Source: Pseudotevenvirus miller
Taxonomy: Duplodnaviria > Heunggongvirae > Uroviricota > Caudoviricetes > Straboviridae
Reading direction: 5' to 3' (one strand)
IMG/VR virus record: IMGVR_UViG_2706796139_000001
Location: 1-50,894 of that record
DNA length: 50,894 bases
Position 1 is the stretch's first letter. Every line of letters starts with the position of its first letter. Both the position numbers and the translations under genes were made by a program. The notes below the pieces were generated by a model. The model was not told the origin of the DNA. It did no database searches and was given only the letters and a program-made list of their open reading frames with translations. This document shows, in pieces, positions 1-9,681 of the stretch.

Positions 1-900
1 TTAGTAGTGACTGAACCCTGCGGTTACATCGGTCATCACCTGATAACGACATACACGCATTTTGGCGTTGTCGTAATCTACGGGAATTGCTACCACATCG
101 CGAGGGTTTACCTTAACCTGGATCACGCGCCCACGTCCACCGCCATAGTGAGGAAGATATGATTTAGCGGCAACATGCAAACCACACGAGCAAGTTTTGG
201 TTTTGTCTTCGTCTACCTGGTTGCGAGGCATTTTGACGATAGCACCAGGGCTGTTATCAAACTTGCCTGTTGCCATGTCTTTATAATCTTCGCTAACACG
301 TTTCCATGCGTAGAAATCACCATCATCAGCCAGTTCGATATCGTTATGCACCAGGAAGCCATAAAGCTGATACACAGCATCACGGGACGGGTTTTGCATC
401 AGCTTTTCGAAGAAGTTCACCAGGTGTTCATACGGACGTTCATTATACATTTCACGAACGATTCGCTGGGTGATCCCTCCATCGAAAACGACATCTTTAT
501 ACAGCACTTTATGTCCGACGATCTTAATATTGCCTTTGCTGTACACTTTCAGGGCTTGCTTAGTGTTCAGCAATGCGGCTACACCTTCGATATCGCCTTT
601 AGTCAACAGCGCGTGTGCCTTTTCGAAGTTCGGGTGAGTAGAATCAGCAGTCAGGATTTCGCCGTTTATTACCAGAGTAATGAATGATTCAGAACCAATC
701 ATTTTCGAACTCACATCCGTTTTCGGTAGTGCTTTCGATTCTTCCTGCTCATACTTCGCGTGTTGTTCGGTAATAACGCGCCCGATGGTTCGGACGCTTA
801 CACCAAATTGTTTTGCCAATGCTGTTTTATTGGCGCTGGTTAGAAAGCCCTCGTATACCGCTTTCTTTTGTACATCATCAAGGATCTTTACAGTTCTCAT
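1..900 (-). CDS. rIIB: rIIB lysis-inhibition/membrane protector protein
   Basis: N-terminal HTH (ANKTALAKQFGVSVRTIGRVI) and the rIIB C-terminal signature CSxGLH...KVNPRDVVAIPVDY..AKMRVCRY. ATG at 900 overlaps the rIIA stop (TAATG); the track's 909 start is a GTG inside rIIA. Confidence 0.92.
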   Translation of the reverse strand: MRTVKILDDVQKKAVYEGFLTSANKTALAKQFGVSVRTIGRVITEQHAKYEQEESKALPKTDVSSKMIGSESFITLVINGEILTADSTHPNFEKAHALLTKGDIEGVAALLNTKQALKVYSKGNIKIVGHKVLYKDVVFDGGITQRIVREMYNERPYEHLVNFFEKLMQNPSRDAVYQLYGFLVHNDIELADDGDFYAWKRVSEDYKDMATGKFDNSPGAIVKMPRNQVDEDKTKTCSCGLHVAAKSYLPHYGGGRGRVIQVKVNPRDVVAIPVDYDNAKMRVCRYQVMTDVTAGFSHY

Positions 901-3149
901 TATTTCCACCGTATAAGTTTAATAATATCATCAGTCATTGCTTTGTCATCCATGATATATCGGATTGTATAAGCATCACAATTTCTGATCAGTCGGGCAA
1001 TTAGCGGATTGCGCTTAACGAAAATTTCATATTGTTCATCAACACGATCGCACATTGCTTCTTCCATTTCCTCATGTCGCGCCTGTGCCACACGAATAGA
1101 AGGGTTCTTTGCTTCTGTCTTTTCTTCGTTTTCAATATACTGCATTAACGCTTTACGATTCAGCGTGTCCAGAATAGTGTAACGACGCGCATCATAGCGG
1201 TTTTTAACCATGCGATCAATGCTAATACCTACTTTTTCGTACAGGTCTTTAACTTGACCTCTGTTCTTTTTAGCAACGAATGCCGGATACCAGTTCGGCT
1301 TCATTTCTTTTGCAGTTTTGCAGAACAGTTCAGCAAGGAAAGTGTCAAGACAAATCATGTTGCTGTTTGGAATTTTGTTCCATAACGAGTTACGAAGTGT
1401 ATACACAACACGAATACCAGAGATTTCCATCACTTTAGCCAGATCTTTCATGACACTGGACATAGAGAAGTTTTCTGAATCGCTCAACGAACTGTATTCA
1501 TCAACACCATATAAACGCAATGCGTATGCAGGTTCGAGGTTAACGAATTCTGCTTTCGTCAGGAACAGGTCTTCTTTATTCAAATCCCCATTGATCCCAA
1601 CCGTATAGCGGTATGCTGTCGGTGTTTTCGGACGTGGTTCAGAATCTTTGTCTGCATCCTGTCGTGTTGCTCTCCAGCGACGACGATCTTCATTGTACAC
1701 TTCGATTTCTTTTGTCATTTCACTGGTTTTCAGCAAAATGATTTCAGATTCATCATAATAACCTTGTTTGATGAAATTCTGCAAATTCTCCTGGTTGTGA
1801 TCAGGATGATATTCAACAAAATTCATACGTTCTGTTTTGTGAAGCATACAGTACCCGATCGCGTATGAACGCACGGATTTTGCTTCGTTGTCGTTTTGGA
1901 GTAGATACAGATTTTTCTGTTTCCACGGTAACAACATACGTGTGATATCCTGTCGGCGCATCGTTTCAGATTTGTAAGAGTCCCAACGACGACCGGAACC
2001 TGTGCGCTCAAAACTGCAATCTTTACCGTCATATACGTTAGCCCAGTATCCCCAGATCTGCATACTGGTGATCAGGTCTTTACTGTTGAAGTGCATCACC
2101 AGTTCAGCAAGGGTATTTTTCCCTACTTTAAACTGCTTATCACGGGTAACGAAAGTCTGCAACAGCGTTGGTAAATTTTGATACCAAATAACCTTTTCGC
2201 GCGTCGTTTTCAGTTTAGCGAATTCTGCTGATAGCTCTGAATAATACTGGTCGTTGATTGCTCCGAGTCGATCCATGATAACTTTCTTGGTGATCTTATC
2301 AAGGCTTAACTCTTCGCGTGACGGCATGAAATCCAGAGAACCCAGCGGAAAATCCAAAATGTACGCATAGCTACTGTTCTGGTAGCAATAAAACAGGGAT
2401 TCTCTGAACATATCCAGGTCAATAGGATAGCAAATGTTACCCATACGCGCATACAGACCGGAATAATGCTTTGACTTATAACGGATGATCCCGCGATTAT
2501 TTGCTTCTGTCGGTTGCCAGTTGATATCCAGTTGAACACCAATAAAGCGAGGACGAATAGTTGTAAACGCTTCATACACACGAGCGGCTTCACGTTCCCA
2601 TTCTGGGATATCTTCGACGTTAACCGGAACTGTTACCTGAACGCCGTTAGGTTCATCAGTTTCTACAGCATACAGCGGGTCAATGTACGGTTCGCCGTCT
2701 TCATTGAGGTAAGCAGTATAACCGCGCTTCATGCCGTCCTGAATTGATTCTACGGTGAATGTTGAGGTGTAGCAGAACGGGGATTTGCTACCCAGCCCCA
2801 GCGCCCCGATCAGGTCGTCGGTGTCGGTTTTGGTTGATTCGAAATAAACGGTGAATACTTCGTTCACCATGTAATCACTCAGGCCAGTACCGTAATCACG
2901 GACGATGAAACGAGGATCGAGAACAGTCGGTAACTGAACGTCAAAGCGATCCATGTTACCCGCTACGATATGACCATCAATCGCGTTACAAGAAATCTCG
3001 CGAATGATTGCGCGGATCTTGTATTTGTAGATTGTGGATGAAAGGATTTTGAACGCTTTCTTACCTGCTCTCATTCCAAAAGCTCTACGGCTTCCAGACT
3101 CGATACCTACACGATGAACTGTGCTTGCTTGGCTTTCGCGTAACTTCAT
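900..3149 (-). CDS. rIIA: rIIA protein, downstream duplicate copy
   Basis: N-terminal GHKL/Hsp90-like ATPase motifs (IREISCNAIDGH, RDYGTGL, GALGLGSK). Translation identical to 3149..5398. ATG at 3149 overlaps the stop of the other copy. Confidence 0.85.
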   Translation of the reverse strand: MKLRESQASTVHRVGIESGSRRAFGMRAGKKAFKILSSTIYKYKIRAIIREISCNAIDGHIVAGNMDRFDVQLPTVLDPRFIVRDYGTGLSDYMVNEVFTVYFESTKTDTDDLIGALGLGSKSPFCYTSTFTVESIQDGMKRGYTAYLNEDGEPYIDPLYAVETDEPNGVQVTVPVNVEDIPEWEREAARVYEAFTTIRPRFIGVQLDINWQPTEANNRGIIRYKSKHYSGLYARMGNICYPIDLDMFRESLFYCYQNSSYAYILDFPLGSLDFMPSREELSLDKITKKVIMDRLGAINDQYYSELSAEFAKLKTTREKVIWYQNLPTLLQTFVTRDKQFKVGKNTLAELVMHFNSKDLITSMQIWGYWANVYDGKDCSFERTGSGRRWDSYKSETMRRQDITRMLLPWKQKNLYLLQNDNEAKSVRSYAIGYCMLHKTERMNFVEYHPDHNQENLQNFIKQGYYDESEIILLKTSEMTKEIEVYNEDRRRWRATRQDADKDSEPRPKTPTAYRYTVGINGDLNKEDLFLTKAEFVNLEPAYALRLYGVDEYSSLSDSENFSMSSVMKDLAKVMEISGIRVVYTLRNSLWNKIPNSNMICLDTFLAELFCKTAKEMKPNWYPAFVAKKNRGQVKDLYEKVGISIDRMVKNRYDARRYTILDTLNRKALMQYIENEEKTEAKNPSIRVAQARHEEMEEAMCDRVDEQYEIFVKRNPLIARLIRNCDAYTIRYIMDDKAMTDDIIKLIRWK

Positions 3150-5398
3150 TATTTCCACCGTATAAGTTTAATAATATCATCAGTCATTGCTTTGTCATCC
3201 ATGATATATCGGATTGTATAAGCATCACAATTTCTGATCAGTCGGGCAATTAGCGGATTGCGCTTAACGAAAATTTCATATTGTTCATCAACACGATCGC
3301 ACATTGCTTCTTCCATTTCCTCATGTCGCGCCTGTGCCACACGAATAGAAGGGTTCTTTGCTTCTGTCTTTTCTTCGTTTTCAATATACTGCATTAACGC
3401 TTTACGATTCAGCGTGTCCAGAATAGTGTAACGACGCGCATCATAGCGGTTTTTAACCATGCGATCAATGCTAATACCTACTTTTTCGTACAGGTCTTTA
3501 ACTTGACCTCTGTTCTTTTTAGCAACGAATGCCGGATACCAGTTCGGCTTCATTTCTTTTGCAGTTTTGCAGAACAGTTCAGCAAGGAAAGTGTCAAGAC
3601 AAATCATGTTGCTGTTTGGAATTTTGTTCCATAACGAGTTACGAAGTGTATACACAACACGAATACCAGAGATTTCCATCACTTTAGCCAGATCTTTCAT
3701 GACACTGGACATAGAGAAGTTTTCTGAATCGCTCAACGAACTGTATTCATCAACACCATATAAACGCAATGCGTATGCAGGTTCGAGGTTAACGAATTCT
3801 GCTTTCGTCAGGAACAGGTCTTCTTTATTCAAATCCCCATTGATCCCAACCGTATAGCGGTATGCTGTCGGTGTTTTCGGACGTGGTTCAGAATCTTTGT
3901 CTGCATCCTGTCGTGTTGCTCTCCAGCGACGACGATCTTCATTGTACACTTCGATTTCTTTTGTCATTTCACTGGTTTTCAGCAAAATGATTTCAGATTC
4001 ATCATAATAACCTTGTTTGATGAAATTCTGCAAATTCTCCTGGTTGTGATCAGGATGATATTCAACAAAATTCATACGTTCTGTTTTGTGAAGCATACAG
4101 TACCCGATCGCGTATGAACGCACGGATTTTGCTTCGTTGTCGTTTTGGAGTAGATACAGATTTTTCTGTTTCCACGGTAACAACATACGTGTGATATCCT
4201 GTCGGCGCATCGTTTCAGATTTGTAAGAGTCCCAACGACGACCGGAACCTGTGCGCTCAAAACTGCAATCTTTACCGTCATATACGTTAGCCCAGTATCC
4301 CCAGATCTGCATACTGGTGATCAGGTCTTTACTGTTGAAGTGCATCACCAGTTCAGCAAGGGTATTTTTCCCTACTTTAAACTGCTTATCACGGGTAACG
4401 AAAGTCTGCAACAGCGTTGGTAAATTTTGATACCAAATAACCTTTTCGCGCGTCGTTTTCAGTTTAGCGAATTCTGCTGATAGCTCTGAATAATACTGGT
4501 CGTTGATTGCTCCGAGTCGATCCATGATAACTTTCTTGGTGATCTTATCAAGGCTTAACTCTTCGCGTGACGGCATGAAATCCAGAGAACCCAGCGGAAA
4601 ATCCAAAATGTACGCATAGCTACTGTTCTGGTAGCAATAAAACAGGGATTCTCTGAACATATCCAGGTCAATAGGATAGCAAATGTTACCCATACGCGCA
4701 TACAGACCGGAATAATGCTTTGACTTATAACGGATGATCCCGCGATTATTTGCTTCTGTCGGTTGCCAGTTGATATCCAGTTGAACACCAATAAAGCGAG
4801 GACGAATAGTTGTAAACGCTTCATACACACGAGCGGCTTCACGTTCCCATTCTGGGATATCTTCGACGTTAACCGGAACTGTTACCTGAACGCCGTTAGG
4901 TTCATCAGTTTCTACAGCATACAGCGGGTCAATGTACGGTTCGCCGTCTTCATTGAGGTAAGCAGTATAACCGCGCTTCATGCCGTCCTGAATTGATTCT
5001 ACGGTGAATGTTGAGGTGTAGCAGAACGGGGATTTGCTACCCAGCCCCAGCGCCCCGATCAGGTCGTCGGTGTCGGTTTTGGTTGATTCGAAATAAACGG
5101 TGAATACTTCGTTCACCATGTAATCACTCAGGCCAGTACCGTAATCACGGACGATGAAACGAGGATCGAGAACAGTCGGTAACTGAACGTCAAAGCGATC
5201 CATGTTACCCGCTACGATATGACCATCAATCGCGTTACAAGAAATCTCGCGAATGATTGCGCGGATCTTGTATTTGTAGATTGTGGATGAAAGGATTTTG
5301 AACGCTTTCTTACCTGCTCTCATTCCAAAAGCTCTACGGCTTCCAGACTCGATACCTACACGATGAACTGTGCTTGCTTGGCTTTCGCGTAACTTCAT
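3149..5398 (-). CDS. rIIA: rIIA protein
   Basis: 749 aa, GHKL ATPase motifs, lies upstream of rIIB as in T4. Confidence 0.92.
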   Translation of the reverse strand: MKLRESQASTVHRVGIESGSRRAFGMRAGKKAFKILSSTIYKYKIRAIIREISCNAIDGHIVAGNMDRFDVQLPTVLDPRFIVRDYGTGLSDYMVNEVFTVYFESTKTDTDDLIGALGLGSKSPFCYTSTFTVESIQDGMKRGYTAYLNEDGEPYIDPLYAVETDEPNGVQVTVPVNVEDIPEWEREAARVYEAFTTIRPRFIGVQLDINWQPTEANNRGIIRYKSKHYSGLYARMGNICYPIDLDMFRESLFYCYQNSSYAYILDFPLGSLDFMPSREELSLDKITKKVIMDRLGAINDQYYSELSAEFAKLKTTREKVIWYQNLPTLLQTFVTRDKQFKVGKNTLAELVMHFNSKDLITSMQIWGYWANVYDGKDCSFERTGSGRRWDSYKSETMRRQDITRMLLPWKQKNLYLLQNDNEAKSVRSYAIGYCMLHKTERMNFVEYHPDHNQENLQNFIKQGYYDESEIILLKTSEMTKEIEVYNEDRRRWRATRQDADKDSEPRPKTPTAYRYTVGINGDLNKEDLFLTKAEFVNLEPAYALRLYGVDEYSSLSDSENFSMSSVMKDLAKVMEISGIRVVYTLRNSLWNKIPNSNMICLDTFLAELFCKTAKEMKPNWYPAFVAKKNRGQVKDLYEKVGISIDRMVKNRYDARRYTILDTLNRKALMQYIENEEKTEAKNPSIRVAQARHEEMEEAMCDRVDEQYEIFVKRNPLIARLIRNCDAYTIRYIMDDKAMTDDIIKLIRWK

Positions 5399-5408
5399 TG
5401 TTTATATC

Positions 5409-5642
5409 TCACTTGTTGAAAATAATGTTTTCGCATGAATACTTTGTCGGTTTCTTGTCGATACCGTATTCAAGCGGTGTACACATACGATCCATATAAT
5501 CGTAAATTTCTTGTTTTCGTTTTTCTTCCTTTTTCATTTCAAGGATACCAAAAACGATAGCAGTCACAAAACACATAGCGATAGTTGAAAGAATAACGAT
5601 AGCTACATATTTTGATGTGTTTGGTGCGCTGTATGGTCTCAT
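5409..5642 (-). CDS. Small membrane protein, hypothetical
   Basis: One hydrophobic helix (YVAIVILSTIAMCFVTAIVFGIL) then a charged tail; overlaps the upstream stop. Confidence 0.7.
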   Translation of the reverse strand: MRPYSAPNTSKYVAIVILSTIAMCFVTAIVFGILEMKKEEKRKQEIYDYMDRMCTPLEYGIDKKPTKYSCENIIFNK

Positions 5643-6181
5643 TGTAACACCTTTGCAAATTCCTGTGAAGTCAGTTTACGGGCAACTAAACGCCCTTTTG
5701 TTGATGCTTTATGGCCTACCATATACATCGTGGAAATGTTGCGTTTTCCTGATTGAATCTCATTATACATCTTTTCAGGCATGGTTGATTGATAAACTTC
5801 GCCGTTTGATGTTTTCAGGAACATCGCGTAAACATGGTCATCTTTCTTTTCGATGATTTCTTTTTCACGAACACGAACCTTAGATGATGTTGGTTTAGCA
5901 CCCAATTCAATAGCCTTTCTTTGCCATGCAGGTCCGTGTCCAGCACCATAACCAACAAGGGCATGTGCGATTTCGTGCATAAGAGTATCTAAAATGCACT
6001 CGTAGGTATCTTCTTCAACATGTTTCCGGCGTAACTGAATCTCTCTTTTGGAGTAACTGCAACAACCCAGAGTAGTTTTCAAACGTCCGTTAATTTTGAA
6101 TGACCAATCAGACAAACCATGTTTAGCCATGATGCTTTTGGCCCAAAGAATAATTTCCATGTCACTGCGAGTTTTGAACAT
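5639..6181 (-). CDS. SprT-like zinc metalloprotease
   Basis: RLKTTLGCC, HEIAH (HExxH) and GHGPAW, typical of SprT. Strong SD AGGAGG upstream of ATG 6181. Confidence 0.8.
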   Translation of the reverse strand: MFKTRSDMEIILWAKSIMAKHGLSDWSFKINGRLKTTLGCCSYSKREIQLRRKHVEEDTYECILDTLMHEIAHALVGYGAGHGPAWQRKAIELGAKPTSSKVRVREKEIIEKKDDHVYAMFLKTSNGEVYQSTMPEKMYNEIQSGKRNISTMYMVGHKASTKGRLVARKLTSQEFAKVLQ

Positions 6182-6209
6182 TTTACATCCTCCTAATCGG
6201 TACGGGAGT

Positions 6210-6244
6210 AATATAACAAAAAAGCCCCTGCATCGCAAGGGCTT
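6210..6244 (-). promoter_or_regulatory. Early promoter/stem-loop cassette (PeSL-type)
   Basis: TTGCGA-17-TATATT, with the -35 inside the hairpin aagcccttgc..gcaggggctt followed by a T-tract. Confidence 0.7.
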
Positions 6245-6252
6245 AATGTAAA

Positions 6253-7542
6253 TTATTTCAATTTCTTCGAAAGTTCTTTCAAATCATTGAGATATTCAAT
6301 TTTAGGGGTTGTCTCTTCCCAGTATTTCAGTTGCTTGCGCAATTCATTTGCTTCATCTTCCAGCTTTTGACGTTCGTCAGTAGTTAGATGATAGATGTTC
6401 ATCGCAACCAGGATTTCGGCGTGGTTTTCGCAACCCTTCCATGTTGATACGAATTGAACCGCTTCACTACGACTCAAGCCCTTCAACGAGTCAGGAGATT
6501 CAATCATCTGGTCGATAAATTCAACCTTAGCCAGCGCCCTTGCAAGTGCTTCCTTCGCTTCCTGTATGCGTTTTTCGATGCGCTGTTGATAAACCGTCAT
6601 ACGGATATCAACGAAATCTTTCAACAACGTTTCAGGACGTTCATATGAATGCAACTTACCATTGAAGATAACGTTGATGTTCGGGTTTGAGTTCTCAATC
6701 AATCCAAAATCTTTCAGGATCTTTTCATGGGTAAGCCCGTTGGCATACTCACGTTTAAGGGTTATCTCATAGCGAAAATCTTCTTTCGATAGATCCTTAT
6801 AGCTTACGATACACCCTTTCTCTTCCAGCTTATCCAGAATCGCAATATATTTCACGCGATCATACTTGACCGGAATCTCAGTGATCACCAGTTTAGTTTT
6901 ACCCTGGAGTTCGTACTTACCGTACATTGTCCCGTCTAGAATGTCACCTTTAAATTGTGGATATTTCAGGTCAAGCGTGAAATCTTTCCCGTTCAGGTAA
7001 CTAACACATCCATTCAGAACCGAAACCGGATCATGTGGTGGAATGTTTGTCGCGTATCCTTTCGCGATCCCTCTGAACCCGTTAACCAACACCATAGGAA
7101 TGATTGGCAGATAATAGGCTGGCGGTAGGTGTTCAGGATCTTCATGCGGGATTGTTAAATCTTCGTCCATGTAGATAGCCTTGAACAGCGGAGACAGCTT
7201 ACAGTAAATGTAACGAGGTGCGCCAGGCTTCTTAACCAGACGGGAACCAAAGAACCCATCACGATCGAAAAGCGGGATATTATTGCACCAGTGCGCCGCC
7301 ATGAGAGACAACGCTTCTTCAACGGATGTTTCCCCGTGGTGATACCCGTATATTGCAACACCGCCAGCAATAGATGCTACTTTCTGGAAGCCTGAACCGC
7401 CTTTCGCTGCTGAATGCACGAAGAAACGGTGAACGGGTTTGAACCCGTCTACCAGGTGTGGGATCGCACGAGAATAAATTGTGTAAAGGGCAAACGTAAG
7501 CCCTTCAACCTGTACAACGTCTTTAATACTTCTTTCCATCAT
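6253..7542 (-). CDS. 52: DNA topoisomerase II medium subunit gp52
   Basis: GyrA/ParC-like: RAIPHLVDGFKPVHR, YHHGETS, active-site APRY. Confidence 0.95.
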   Translation of the reverse strand: MMERSIKDVVQVEGLTFALYTIYSRAIPHLVDGFKPVHRFFVHSAAKGGSGFQKVASIAGGVAIYGYHHGETSVEEALSLMAAHWCNNIPLFDRDGFFGSRLVKKPGAPRYIYCKLSPLFKAIYMDEDLTIPHEDPEHLPPAYYLPIIPMVLVNGFRGIAKGYATNIPPHDPVSVLNGCVSYLNGKDFTLDLKYPQFKGDILDGTMYGKYELQGKTKLVITEIPVKYDRVKYIAILDKLEEKGCIVSYKDLSKEDFRYEITLKREYANGLTHEKILKDFGLIENSNPNINVIFNGKLHSYERPETLLKDFVDIRMTVYQQRIEKRIQEAKEALARALAKVEFIDQMIESPDSLKGLSRSEAVQFVSTWKGCENHAEILVAMNIYHLTTDERQKLEDEANELRKQLKYWEETTPKIEYLNDLKELSKKLK

Positions 7543-9431
7543 TTCACCGAAAATTTATGTTTTCCGTCAACCCAGTCTTTACGCGGATCGGACTCTTCAC
7601 CGAAACACAGTTCCAGAACGTCTTTGTAATCGTCGCCCAGTACGATTGTATCGTATTTTAACTGGTCGCCCAACACGCGATCGTAATCTGATTTACGCAA
7701 AGAACCCAGACCTTTGATGTATCGTACCTCTTTCGCTTTGTCGCGGAAAGGTACAAAATCGTCCATAGAGTAGAACCATTTTTCATCTTTTCCGATTTTA
7801 GCAATGATAATCGGTGTACGGATATACCGGATCTTTTTCTTCTCGAACAACTCAGGCCAACGACTAAAGAACGCAATCAGTAGGGTGAGAATATCGCCCC
7901 CGTCAACGTCCGCATCCACCATGATCCCGATATTGTCGTATGCCATTTCGGAAGAGTCGCCTGGATGGAGATTCAGGATCGCCATTAACTCGAATAACTC
8001 TTTGTTTTTGAGAATGTCGGTAAAGCTCATTCCCCAGGTGTTCAACGGTTTGCCACGTAGCGGAAATGCGCCTTGTGTCTCTTCGTTTCTGCACTCGATA
8101 AACTGCCCTACAGCGGAATCACCTTCGGTCAGAAACAAAGTGGTTTCGACTCCATCGGTATCAATCCCTGATGCGGGAACATGTTTTGCAATCTTCGCCT
8201 TTTTCGCTTTCTTTTTCGCTTTCGTAATTGCTGCGGCTTCTGCTGCTTGCTTGCGAATAAGAGCGGATTCAATGATCGGAGTGATTATTTCAGAAGTATC
8301 CATAATCTGCTTCGCGATCTTTTTGTAATTCAATCCGGCGTGATTGTTGAACTCTCCAGCAGTATTGGTCAGTTTTTCTTTCGTCTGACTGTCAAAAGCT
8401 GGTGCATTGAAGTTATGCAAAAACACGACCAAAGTCAAGCATTCTTTTACACGGGCTTTCGGGATCTCGATAGCGTGTTTCTTCTTGATCATCGGTTCCA
8501 GTTCGGCATAGATACCATCAATCATACAATCGACGTGTACGCCACCGTTTTTTGTGTCCAGACCGTTGACGAATGATTTTTGTTTGAATCCGTCTTCTGT
8601 GCTCGCCAGGATGAAACTAATTTTGTTGTTTGTCTGCGTGATTGTGCTGTCGCCATACATCGCGCCATACATCGCAAACTTATTCGGTAATGTTTCACCG
8701 TTGTATGTGAATTTAACCGAAGGGAACGCCACTGCAAGCGCCATAAGGCGATCTTTGATGACTTCCTTTGTTTCTTCGTCGATGCCATCAACACCGAAGA
8801 TTGAGAAATCAGGGGTAAACTTAACAGTGGTTCCCTGTTCTTTCGTCGGGCTTGTACGGTAATCCATGTTCTGTGCGCCGTCAGTACAGTTGATCGTGAC
8901 TTTGCGCTTACCGTTGGATGTTTCACCGATAAAGATTGAACTGTAACAGTTCGTCAGGAAAGAACCTACACCGTTCATCCCCATTGTTACGCGGTTTTCA
9001 TCATCGAAGTTTGAACCAGATTTTGCCATAGTCCAGGCTGCAACAGGTTTAGGAACAATTTTCCCTTCTGGTGTTCTCACGTCATCTTGTGGAATACCGC
9101 GCCCGTTATCTGAGATTGTCACCAGATTATGATCAATCTTCACTTCGATTCTGTTCGCGAATTTAAAATCTGTACGGATCGCTTCGTCGATTGAGTTGTC
9201 GAGAATTTCATTGATGATTTTCACCAGACCTTCGACATATTCCACTTTGCGGAATTTACCCATGATGAAGCGTTCGTGTGCTTCGCGGTTCACTGAACCC
9301 ACATACATGTTAGGACGTTTGCGAATGTGATCGCGGTCACTCAGGCAGAAAGATTCATCGACCTTTACGCCTTTTGGCGTTTCCGGTACTTTCTGCGGTT
9401 CGTCTTCGTCCATTAAGAAATCTAAACTCAT
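7539..9431 (-). CDS. 39: DNA topoisomerase II large subunit, fused gp39+gp60
   Basis: GHKL (EILDNSIDE, DNGRGIP, GMNGVGS) plus TOPRIM (LTEGDSA, PLRGK, DADVDG, YIKGLGS) in one ORF; SD GAGGTG before ATG 9431. Confidence 0.95.
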   Translation of the reverse strand: MSLDFLMDEDEPQKVPETPKGVKVDESFCLSDRDHIRKRPNMYVGSVNREAHERFIMGKFRKVEYVEGLVKIINEILDNSIDEAIRTDFKFANRIEVKIDHNLVTISDNGRGIPQDDVRTPEGKIVPKPVAAWTMAKSGSNFDDENRVTMGMNGVGSFLTNCYSSIFIGETSNGKRKVTINCTDGAQNMDYRTSPTKEQGTTVKFTPDFSIFGVDGIDEETKEVIKDRLMALAVAFPSVKFTYNGETLPNKFAMYGAMYGDSTITQTNNKISFILASTEDGFKQKSFVNGLDTKNGGVHVDCMIDGIYAELEPMIKKKHAIEIPKARVKECLTLVVFLHNFNAPAFDSQTKEKLTNTAGEFNNHAGLNYKKIAKQIMDTSEIITPIIESALIRKQAAEAAAITKAKKKAKKAKIAKHVPASGIDTDGVETTLFLTEGDSAVGQFIECRNEETQGAFPLRGKPLNTWGMSFTDILKNKELFELMAILNLHPGDSSEMAYDNIGIMVDADVDGGDILTLLIAFFSRWPELFEKKKIRYIRTPIIIAKIGKDEKWFYSMDDFVPFRDKAKEVRYIKGLGSLRKSDYDRVLGDQLKYDTIVLGDDYKDVLELCFGEESDPRKDWVDGKHKFSVK

Positions 9432-9475
9432 ATTCACCTCTTTATTAGTTCTCAGGCATTATATAGGGTTCCATG

Positions 9476-9500
9476 AAAAATAAAACCCCTTTCGGGGTTT
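9476..9500 (-). terminator. Rho-independent terminator
   Basis: aaacccc-gaaa-ggggtttt followed by attttt on the minus strand. Confidence 0.7.
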
Positions 9501-9681
9501 AGTGGGAAGTTTTGCGGGTAATACTGTCGTAAAATCCACCGTGTACCATTTGGGGCTTGTCAACTGTTCGATGTGCTTCGCCTCCACATTCACAGTCTTT
9601 CGGTGCATCACGGGTCGCAATGCTGGACATTTTACTGAATTCTTTCTCACACTTTTTACATTTATATGTATAAGTCGGCAT
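9499..9681 (-). CDS. FmdB-family zinc-ribbon protein
   Basis: MPTYTYKCKKC...CECGG signature; upstream of gene 39 as in many T4-likes. Confidence 0.75.
   Translation of the reverse strand: MPTYTYKCKKCEKEFSKMSSIATRDAPKDCECGGEAHRTVDKPQMVHGGFYDSITRKTSH

Larger units (their letters stand above)
897..5399. repeat. Perfect tandem duplication, period 2249 bp, with TCATT microhomology at 897-901, 3146-3150 and 5395-5399
   Basis: rIIA and four shadow ORFs recur with identical translation at offset 2249 (1318/3567, 1823/4072, 2306/4555, 2514/4763). Spot-checked lines are identical; identity ends at 896/3145 and 3151/5400. Confidence 0.95.

Noticed and set aside
7539-9431. T4 gene 60-type translational bypass
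   Set aside because: The 39 and 60 motifs are in a single open frame.
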